The position numbers were made by a program, and so were the translations under genes. Positions 11,552 through 21,400 of a DNA stretch of 64,000 nucleotides are shown here, piece after piece (position 1 is the stretch's first letter; each line of letters opens with the position of its first letter). The notes beneath the pieces were generated by a model. The model did not search any database, was not told the DNA's origin, and saw nothing but the letters and a program-made list of their open reading frames with translations. The stretch comes from Tubulanus polymorphus. Taxonomy: Eukaryota; Animalia; Nemertea. The DNA lies in assembly GCF_964204645.1 (NCBI RefSeq), contig NC_134026.1, positions 4,735,950 through 4,799,949 of the forward strand, read 5' to 3'.

Positions 11552-12480
11552 TTGTATTCCAACAGACCGATGGATAAAGTTGCGGTCAGCGTGTGTCGTT
11601 GTGAGCTTCAACGGGAAGCAACCCGAGCCCTGGTGAGTGAGGATGCTACTGTACCGCCCTCTACCAGCAACTTTTCAATCCATTATCATACACCCTCCGA
11701 ACATACACACCGTACACTACCACTTACATCACTTACCCCCAAACAGTTCTATATTAAACTGATCATCGAATCCAACCACATCAAACAACCCTGCATCATC
11801 CAACCGACCTTACCTCATCAAATTACCCTATCCTACCCTAACTGTCAACTACACCATACCCGGTCCCATTCCATACCCAAACCTCATACTACTCATTCCC
11901 TCTATGATTGAATAAGTAGAAATGTTACGATGTTATAGTTACACGGATGAGAATGATTCTTATTGTTAATGAAGATGAGAGAACAAACGTTCTTCAAACT
12001 GAGGAGGAATAAATGAATAAATGACTGAAGTGTTACACAGTCAGTGTTACATGTACATCAGTTATATTTCTATTAGACTGAAACAATGAGTGAAACTTCT
12101 ACAGTTACAATCTGACACAAATCAAACTGCGTCAGAAAACATTTTACAACTTTCTCGTTTTCTATCACTTTGGTTTCAGATCTGCTTCATATGTATTCAT
12201 ATAGAATGTGTTATTATTATTTCAGTTGTTACGATTAGGTTGATTCAGTGGTCGCTGTAAGGAACTCTGATCTATAGCTGTGTGTGAAGTGAGCTGAAGA
12301 TGGATACAGATACTTGCTGGAGATAAATTCAATAACCGTTAATGATTCTACATTTTATTTTAGTCTTTAAAAAGATAAACTAAATTCTGGTCCTGAACAT
12401 CTTCAACTCCTCCACGCAATAAGTGGTATGAATGAAAACATAATTCTAAAACTACTTATCTCTTCTGTGATTCATTCAGA

Positions 12481-12692
12481 TGCTCCTATGATACTCCTGC
12501 TACTCCTATGATACTCCAGCTGCTCCTACGATACTCCAGCTGCTCCTACGATACTCCTGCTGCTCCTACGATACTCCTGCTGCTCCTACGATACTCCTGT
12601 TACTCCTACGATACTCCTGCTGCTCCTACGATACTCCTGCTGCTCCTACGATACTCCTGCTGCTCCAACGATACTCCTCCTCTAATGCTCCT
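12481..12692. repeat. 20-bp minisatellite (~10 units)
   Basis: Unit TGCTCCTACGATACTCCTGC. Confidence 0.95.
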
Positions 12693-14137
12693 ACAGCGTT
12701 GCTCTTGACTCAATCTTATTTCATACCACAGTAAACAGGAATTGTGCCTGAAATAAAGAATATTGGATTTAAATGTGGTATCTGATTGTACACTATTCAC
12801 AGATATCAGTTATACAATTCACCTTTTCTCAAAGATGATTAATAGATCTCAACCTAGTTACAGTCAGTAAGGGGGAGGGGCAGTTGTATTTTTGTTTTTA
12901 ACTGATTCGAACTGACTGTTGAAGGAAGGATCGATTGATGAAATCTGTTGATTATATCTGTAACAATAAGAAAAGGAGGTCACTGTAATTAATACTGGTA
13001 ATATCCAATATAATCTGTTAACAGTTATAACATGTTTTAGTTTAATCATCACAACTGACACTGTCAACAGTATACTTCTCACTCCCAACAACAATGTCAC
13101 TAAAAAGCAGGTTCATTTGCATAGTAAGTAGTTTTGACCAACTACTAGGGTCACATGTAACTAATTCAACAGTTTGTTCTACGTGTGTTTGAGTAATTAT
13201 TGTAGGATAACTGGGATAATTTCTCCCTCCCCATGCGGGGCCATGATACACGTAGTAAGCAAGGCGGCGAGGTGCGGACCACCGGACCGTGACGACACAG
13301 GTGCCCTACTGCAAATACGATTTTGAATATAGTTTGGCGGCGGGTCTTAGGTCAGTTTTAGAGACGGTGTTTATTGCCTGCATCTCCGGGGTTTATACCG
13401 AACTGTTAACTTAAGACATGGATATAATTCGAGGATAAAAAACCGGAAAATTGCAAGACTTACCAAATTTCAATATGGCGGGTCACGACTCCACACCGGA
13501 AGTGATGACTCGCAGATTCTCCATGCATGTGCCGTTACAAGTTAAGATCATTTGCCGAGCTACAGATTTATTTTCGTATTCAATTTGATTTATTTGGTGT
13601 AAGAATTATATAATAAAGATTAAAACTGACCAGTGTAAATCACGCACGTTGCTTGATCAATGCATCATTGCTTGCCAGGGTTGGTTGCCTCTGCAACCGG
13701 AGCTTTCCGGATACCAGCAATGGTTTTACTCGCTTCCCTGTGTACACTCAGCTTCCTCTGCTGGTTGGTTTTATCCTGGAGCCACCTCACGCTGGCCCTG
13801 TATTTATCGTAGACGGTAAATGTGTGAACTGACTTTTTAATCACATGCCGCAGTAGGGATACTGTATCATTGTGTTAGTTCGTATATTCACCACTAATGA
13901 TAAATCTAGAGGCAGCACTAGACGGTTCAGATCTATAAACGTTGGGACCGAAATATGGTGATGGTAATTAAGTATCAATAATCCATTGGTTATTGAGCAT
14001 TATCAATTAGCTTGGGTCCAGTGGGTAAACTGCATCTCAATCGAGGAACTCGCACCTGAGTATACAGTCTGTAGAAGATGACAATCTCTCTCTTGCCTGG
14101 TCTTTGAACGCCTCTGTCACGACTGGTGCAATTGGCC

Positions 14138-14280
14138 GATCCAGAGTGGTCCTGATGCTGAATAGGAATGTCCCGGGTTCGAATCCAGTAATTATTGATA
14201 CTGATTCAGAGTGATCCTGATGCTGAATAGGGGATGTACAGGGGTGTCCCGGGTTCGAACCCAATAATTACCGATACCGA
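14138..14280 (+). repeat. tandemly duplicated tRNA-derived SINE fragment
   Basis: Two copies of CAGAGTG(G/A)TCCTGATGCTGAATAGG...TGTCCCGGGTTCGAA(T/C)CCA containing a B-box. Confidence 0.55.
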
Positions 14281-14765
14281 TTTATCGTGCAAAATTGTTA
14301 TCATGATCTAATTAACCTAATTGTTTAGCTAGTTGCTAATGAATTATAATGCATTATTTATTACTTACCATTGCAATCTTATATTCTATGTTTTTACAAT
14401 TTATCACAATACTATCATTTTGCGAATTGACATCCTTTCACAAATATTTGTGTCTCAAAGTACAAGCTTGATTTTAATCTCTGACGCAGCTTGACTCTCT
14501 TCTGCGTCATTTTGTTTCAATCCTGAAAGCTTTATATCAAAAGGAGAATTCTCTTTTAGAATGAGCAATGGAATCCCCTCACTTTCATTCCTTAGTCCGC
14601 GTGGTCCGCATTTCTGTCGACAACTCTTACCAATTGATAATGAAGTAAAGAAGGAAACTTACTTAAAAAGTTTATTGACGCCTTGAAAAATAAAACATTG
14701 CTCTACATTATCAAATAATGAAAATTTACTAAATAGAAAATAAATCGTGAAAACTAATTTGATAC

Positions 14766-14840
14766 AAAATTAACGCCAATTCACACAATTGCAATTGTTA
14801 TTTTCAAACGCCCAAATATTGATGACGTAGTCCGCCACTC
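14766..14840 (+). repeat. short dispersed repeat (second copy ~47982-48060)
   Basis: AACGCCAA..TTCACACAATTG...AAACGCC.AATATTGATGACGTAGT is shared by both loci. Confidence 0.6.
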
Positions 14841-15214
14841 AATCCGACATACACTACTCTTTAAGCCTGTGGTTTTCACGAGCGGTTTCCAGCTAGCTTT
14901 TTCCAGCCTTAGATAGAATACAAGTCCCACGATCACAAGATTGAAAAAGATCGTAAAAACTGAAACTATTAAAATTTATCAAAAACCCGAATTTTCGGTT
15001 TTATACTAAAAACAAATTTCAAGAGTTAACCATTGGTTTCACCATTTTACCACGTTACTCTTTAGATAACTTATAGCATGTAGTAATGTATGAAAATATT
15101 TTTGTAGCGGTTTTTACTGCGTCAAAAATAATGATATACAAAAACTAAGTTGAACTGATGCAATAACGCGCGGAATTCCTCATACAGCAGCCGATAGTCT
15201 TGCAATTTATATTC

Positions 15215-16814
15215 TTAAGACGATGGCACAAACCCTTTCGTGAATTTTGCATCCACCGGGAACGTCATGGCAACACTGTTGCAAAGACTTGGTCTTCTTT
15301 GCGTTTCATTTGGCTTAATACTATTTCGTCGATTACCCTGAATCACTTCAACAGATTTTGCCGATGCAGTGTCTATTTTCTCAGTTGGTCTAGTAGGAGT
15401 AACTGTACTGCATAAAGCTGCGGATGAATCTGTTTCGTTACGGGAGTCTTTGTCTCTGTTTCGGCGAAGAACGGGTTGCCTACGTTTTTCAGTTGAGTTA
15501 TTAGTTGTATTATTGAACGTACCCACTTTGATCGGAATATTGTTAGGTGCGGAGTGGATGTCAGGTAAATGTAGAGGTTCCGTAGAATTGATATTCAAAT
15601 TTCTATACGAATCACGACGCTGATTTGAATTTAATTTATCTACTCTTAGATGAAGGAGTTTTAGAGCTCTTAGTAATATTTTCTCTTTTTTCATCAGTCT
15701 CTCTGTCAATTCTTTCCAAGAATAATCCTTATTGCTTAACGCCGATTCCACATATCGACTGCAGGTTGGACTAGCGTCATTTATGTAATCGATCGTGTCG
15801 TCGATGGCCAGTAAGATATTATCCATGGTTTCAAAAGCCAACGCTAAATGGCTCCTCTCGACGGTGGATTCTTTTCGTAGTTTTTTCACTACATCTGGTA
15901 GATTACAAACTGATGCGTCTTCCGGTCCAGCCATGTATAACAAGGCGTCGCGCAAGTCTGACTCTCTCCGTTCAATTTCATCCGCACGACGCTCACCCAT
16001 CCGGGATTTGAAGAGAAGGCGGTCCACACTCTTTTCAAGCACGGACATTCTCATCATGTTTTCGAATTCTTTTGAATCCGATTCATCAATTTGGTCCTCG
16101 TTGAAAAACTCGTGGATCCGAACATTCAAGCGTTGTATTTGACTATCGAATACAGTTAATCGTTCTTTTAGCCGCCTTATTTCGTTCTCACCTGCCATCA
16201 AGGCCCGACACATGCGATCTAGGTCAGCTTTTTTGGTTTTCTTTAAACATTCGATTTCTGCCTTCAGACTCACTATTACTCTGTCCTTTTCTTGAACCAA
16301 TTGTCTTTCGGCTGAGACATTCCCCTTTAAGTCGTTAACCTATAAGGTGTCAAAGAAACAGCGGATCGGATACATCAATTTTACATATGAAATTTTATTT
16401 TGTGGTTTTGTGTTTCTCAATTAATCTTCTCTCATTCTTTGAAATCCAAAAAGAAATATACATAGACAAAGAACAAAAACCTCTTTATTCTTCCTGTTAA
16501 TCGCATCGCAGTGCTTCGTCGTGTGTTCAACCAATTCCGACCTGGCTTCCAGGATTAGTTCTTTGTCGGTTCCCACAGACATCCAGTCTATACGAATGTG
16601 TTCCTCTTTAATCTGTAAAAACCCCACGGAATATTACGAGATTAGTTTGCGACATTTCTAGTTCAGACCAGCTTTTGTTTTGATAAATTCATTTCGTTTT
16701 TCGTTACTTTTTCTTTGATGTAATCGGATAGTTGTTCTTTCACGGCTTTGGGCAGTAATCTTTCTAACGAAGGGATTTTTCTGAAAACGTCTGAGCCGTC
16801 AGTGGAAGGCATGG
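15215..16814 (-). CDS. uncharacterised coiled-coil protein exons (466 aa from ATG 16812, or C-terminal part of a CARD-coiled-coil protein)
   Basis: Exons 16814(ATG at 16812)-16669, 16612-16481 and 16339-15215 are joined by GT-AG phase-0 introns and stay in frame. The protein has heptad-rich E/K/R/L helices followed by a S/T/N/R-rich disordered tail. Confidence 0.8.
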
Positions 16815-16992
16815 CTACAATGAATTGATTTAAAATCGGTAAATACATTTTATGTAAGTGTATTGCACAATCTTAAAAAAGATTATTTGAAAAAAAAACC
16901 GTTTCAACGTCATTCATAATCTTTTCTTAAACAGCCTACTGATTTACTGTAACTACGGAGGCGTGGTGGCCGATTATAAAATTGATTTCTTT

Positions 16993-17312
16993 AAAAGAGT
17001 TGTTTTCAACACGTCTTGCAAACAATCAGTTGATTTAAGCGCCCAATTGAAAACAACTTGTAGGTCATAAAAAGGTGAGGTCCTGGAAAACAACTTTTAG
17101 TTGCTTTCAGGCTCTAATCCTGAAACAATTGGTTTGATTTCAGTACCTTCTGAAATTAAATTGTTCTCAGCACACGCTAAAACAACTTTGCATCCAGGAA
17201 ATAACTAAACTAAACTGTCACTAAAAGTTGTTTCCAGGATCTACATAAAACACCTCAGTGAGAGCCAAACCCAACTAATCGGTTTCAACGGGTGCTGAAA
17301 ACAGCTTTTTTA
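16993..17312. mobile_element. foldback MITE
   Basis: AAAGAGTTGTTTTCAACACG...CAGTTG pairs with CAACTAATC...GCTGAAAACAGCTTTTT. The inner TCCTGGAAAACAACTTTTAGT pairs with ACTAAAAGTTGTTTCCAGGA. Confidence 0.65.
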
Positions 17313-17360
17313 GACAACTTTGGTCCGCATCAGCTATCTCTTATTAACGTAGGCACGTCA

Positions 17361-17968
17361 TTATTTGACTTCAGTTCTCTTTCGAAGTGATGGGACAAGA
17401 ATTTCAACCGTTATCGCCCTACCATAATTTCTGATATGGTCGCTGAGGTAAATGTGTCCTGATTGGTGGAGTACATCTATGAATTTATCAGCAGACGACG
17501 AACACGTGACTCGCAGTAGGCTTAACAGGGTGCGATTTCTTTCTTCTCGGTTGGAAGCAGACTTCAATAAAGCAATCCAATATCATTATTAAAGACCGTT
17601 TCTATTAGATCGACAATCTGCGGTATATTCAGTTATCTACTGTTGGTTAGGCTTATCCGCGATCAGAAAATAATGCACAAAAAGTGGTTTTCAAGAAATC
17701 ATCAAAAAGATATTCATTCCAAATATAGGACTAGAAAGTATCGAAATGAAACAATCGCCGTGGTCATATACCGTTACTCTTTTTACCAATGAATCTTTGG
17801 CCTACTTACGTTAACCTCTTGAATCATTGTTTCCGTTAAAATGTGGTACTTCCGTAACAACGTCTCAAATGTGGGCGTCCAAATCATATTGTTGAGTAAT
17901 AATATATGATTGTCATCCAGAACTTGCAAACCTGTCTTTTTCCCCCTTTCAAGACGTCTGGTGGACAT
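17361..17968 (-). CDS. CARD (death-fold) domain exons
   Basis: Exon 17968-17810 (GTAAGT donor, phase 0) joins exon 17561-17423 (or runs to the stop at 17361). Translation: LDDNHILLLNNM..LLRKYHILTETMIQEVNSASNREERNRTLLSLL..ADKFIDVLHQSGHIYLSDHI, which fits the six-helix CARD pattern (caspase-2/RAIDD-like). Confidence 0.75.
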
Positions 17969-18453
17969 TTTTATTATCTTTTCCGAGCCTTTGGAGAGTA
18001 CAAATGTGTCGACTTTCAACAGGAAGTCCTATACTATACTGATCAGCTGTGATAAACATCATGGGTGCAAGAATAATCTAAGGTGTTGGTGTTGTAAACA
18101 CAATGATATCCTATATCATGGCTACAGAAAATTTCAGATTCCTTGGAAACGAGTATACATACGCCATCAGCCGCCATATCCACATGTGGGTTTATAACTA
18201 GTAGACTGATATTAATCGCGGATCTAGAGTTAACGAATAAAAACCAACATTTGATATAAAAAGTCATATTTTATAACAGTTTTGGGGTTAATCTAAACCT
18301 TATCATCAGAGAAATCGAAATGTGGGATTACGCTTAGCCGCTCATTGACTGAGGGGGTACGAAACACATTGACCTGCGCCACGGTATGACGTGCAAGTTG
18401 TACGGCAAAAATGACCCATCAAACGCGAAATGATAATGATCAAACGAATACGT

Positions 18454-21400
18454 TTATTCACATATACTATGATTACAAGAAACGTGTTCAACGCTACATT
18501 GTTCAACGACTCCCATTACATATGTACTAATCGTATTTCTTACTGGTATTTCAGCTATGGATTCGATTTCGCCAAACCTTAAAAATGAAGGTGATAATGG
18601 TCGACATTGATCTGTTTTAATATATGTGGTCACCATAAGCAAAATCCATTTTGTAACGTGTCTGTCTCCATGCAGTATGGAACAACGAATCAGTATTATT
18701 AGCCTATTAATCGACGCATGTCTTACCTCGAACATAAAGATTTGCAGGATAGGAATTAGCTGTTCCTACACTGTTCACTGCCATACACTCGTATCTACCC
18801 TCATCCGATTCTTGACTGCGTTCTATTTGAAGAATTCCTGAAGAAAAATATAATTCACAATTTTTATTCTGACGATGATTTCTCTCACCCGGGCAGAGAA
18901 ATTCCGACGAATCGAATGAAAGTGTTTGTTTACCCGAATCGAGCAAAGTCAATCGTGGATCAGTCGTATCTAGCGGAACCATATCTCTCAACCAAATAAT
19001 CTGTGGTTTCGGGTTCCCTGTGGCTTCACATATCATCACCGTATCGTGGGCTTTCTCGACTGCTTTTAAGCTTGGGTTTTTCGTGATTCGTGGAAACCCA
19101 TTTGGCAATGCTGCAAAAAGGATCTTTTTATGTCAACAAATGTTATTATATATTCATGATAAATAGAAACGAACAAAGAAGATACAATATGATGCACTAC
19201 ATTCGCCTTACGGGAATTTTTTGCGAAAACGGACAAACTTGCTGATCGCTCAACTGTTGGGTCAATATCACTCCTGATTTCACAGGTTATCGTTGCACCG
19301 TTATCAAATCTCGCTTTCACGGGATCAATCCTGAGAACAGATCCGCCAGGGATGTCAATGATCACGTATCTTGACCTTTGAGGAACGCGTAATCGATTTT
19401 TGTACCAACGAATTTTTGGTTCTGGGTTTCTTGGGGTTTTGCAAAAGAACGTAGCGACTTCTCCATCTTGCACCTTTTGATCTTGTGGATTTGTACTGAT
19501 TCCTGAAACGAACAAATATGATCCTACCAAAAACAACTAAGCAGGGAAACGACAGATAGAAATTACACACATTAATTAGAAACTGATCAAATGTGTTTTT
19601 GCAGCAAACAATGATTAATTCAGAATTTACTGATATTCGAAGCTTTTCCAACTTCTAAATAATTTGTGTCTTGTTTTATTAAGTTTATACCTTTCACTCG
19701 TATTTCAGCTACAGATTCAATTTCTCCCAACGTTGAAGCAGCTACGCAAGTGTAATTCGCTGATTTCTGTACATTCGTTAGCATCAATACGTTTCTACCA
19801 CTCGGAATTTCATCTTCATTGGTCAGATCTTCCGAGCCTTTTCGCCATTTCACATAAGGCATTGGTGAACCAGTGGCAACGCATGTCAAATTAACAGACT
19901 CTCCGGCGAAGGCATCGGCGCTTTCTGGCTCGATAATGAATCTTGGTGGAATCCTGCGCACTGAAAGGATGGACATCCCGGGATATCTAAGTCTCGTGAT
20001 GTAAACGTAGCATGAAATCGATTTTTGTGATTAACATAGAATTACATGTAAATATGTTAAAACACATCAATCGCATGCATACATATTGTAATATCGTATC
20101 ATAACTAACCTCGAACATAAAGATTTGCCGGATAAGAAGTAGCTGTTCCTACACTGTTCTCAGCAATACACTCATATCTACCCTCATCAGATTCTCGACT
20201 GCGTTCTATTTGAAGAATTCCTGAAGGAAAACATGATTCAAGTTATTTCTTCTGAAGATATATCTCTCTCACCAAGAGAAGAGAAATTCCAGCGAAATGA
20301 TACCTATCTACCTGAATCGAGCAAAGTCAATCGTGGATCAGTCGTATCTAGCGGAACCATATCTCTCAACCAAATAATCCGTGGTTTCGGGTTCCCTGTG
20401 GCTTCACATATCATCACCGTATCGTGGGCTTTCTCGACTGCTTTTAAGCTTGGGTTTTTCGTGATTCGTGGAAACCCATTTGGCAATGCTGCAAAAAGGA
20501 TCTTTTTATGTCAACAAATGTTATTATATATTCATGATAAATAGAAACGAACAAAGAAGATACAATATGATGCACTACATATTTTGCCTTACGGGAATTT
20601 TTTGCGAAAACGGACAAACTTGCTGATCGCTCAACTGTTGGGTCAATATCGCTCCTGATTTCACAGGTTATCGTTGCACCGTTATCAAATCTCGCTTTCA
20701 CGGGATCAATCCTGAGAACAGGTCCTCCAGGGATGTCAATGATCACGTATCTTGACCTTTGAGGAACGCGTAATCGATTTTTGTACCAACGAATTTTTGG
20801 TTCTGGGTTTCTTGGGGTTTTGCAAAAGAACGTAGCGACATCTCCATCTTGCACCTTTTGATCTTGTGGATTTGTACTGATTCCTGAAACGAACAAATAT
20901 GATCCTACCAAAAACAACTAAGCTAGGAAACGACAGATAGAAATTACACACATTAATTAGAAACTGATCAAATGTGTTTTGCAGCAAACACTGATTTAAT
21001 TCAGAATTTATTGATATTCGAAGCTTTTCCAACTTCTAAATAATTTGCGTCTTGTTTTATTAAGTTAATACCTTTCACTCGTATTTCAGCTACAGATTCA
21101 ATTTCACCCAATGTCGAAGAAGCTACGCAAGTGTAATTCGCTGATTTCTGTAGATTCGTCAGCGTCAATACATTTCTGCCAACAGGAATTTCATCTTCAT
21201 TCGTCAGTTCTTCAGAGCCCTTTCGCCATTTTACGAATGGCATCGGTCTTCCAACGGCAACGCACGTCAAATCTATGGACCCTCCCGCAAGAACATCAGC
21301 ACTTTTTGGTTCGACACTAAAACTAGGTGGCGTATAGCGCACTGAAAATAGATTATTTCTAATAACGTGAGAAATATAAATCTGACTTATCAGAATACAT

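Larger units (their letters stand above)
10372..11645. mobile_element. non-autonomous TIR element carrying internal tandem arrays
   Basis: ~60-bp imperfect TIRs beginning CATCCTCACTC / GAGTGAGGATG. It interrupts the inverted-repeat arm. CTAC lies near both junctions as a possible TSD (ambiguous). Confidence 0.7.
8786..12414 (-). repeat. right arm of the long inverted repeat, interrupted by two transposon insertions
   Basis: Three pieces (8786-8879, 10312-10370, 11649-12414) rejoin into the reverse complement of 5978-6886 once 8880-10311 and 10372-11645 are removed. Confidence 0.85.

Noticed and set aside
11453-12692. Short regular repeats resembling a CRISPR array
   Set aside because: Head-to-tail tandem units without unique spacers, no cas genes, and a eukaryotic context.
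15369-16142. Plus-strand ORFs of 84 and 115 aa (and similar antisense ORFs over the Ig exons)
   Set aside because: Antisense shadows of the minus-strand coding exons.
17968-18727. Single Ig-CARD fusion receptor via the phase-1 acceptor at 17988
   Set aside because: Frame-compatible, but no transmembrane exon lies between the Ig and CARD exons, so the CARD would be secreted. The acceptor more likely follows a 5' UTR exon.
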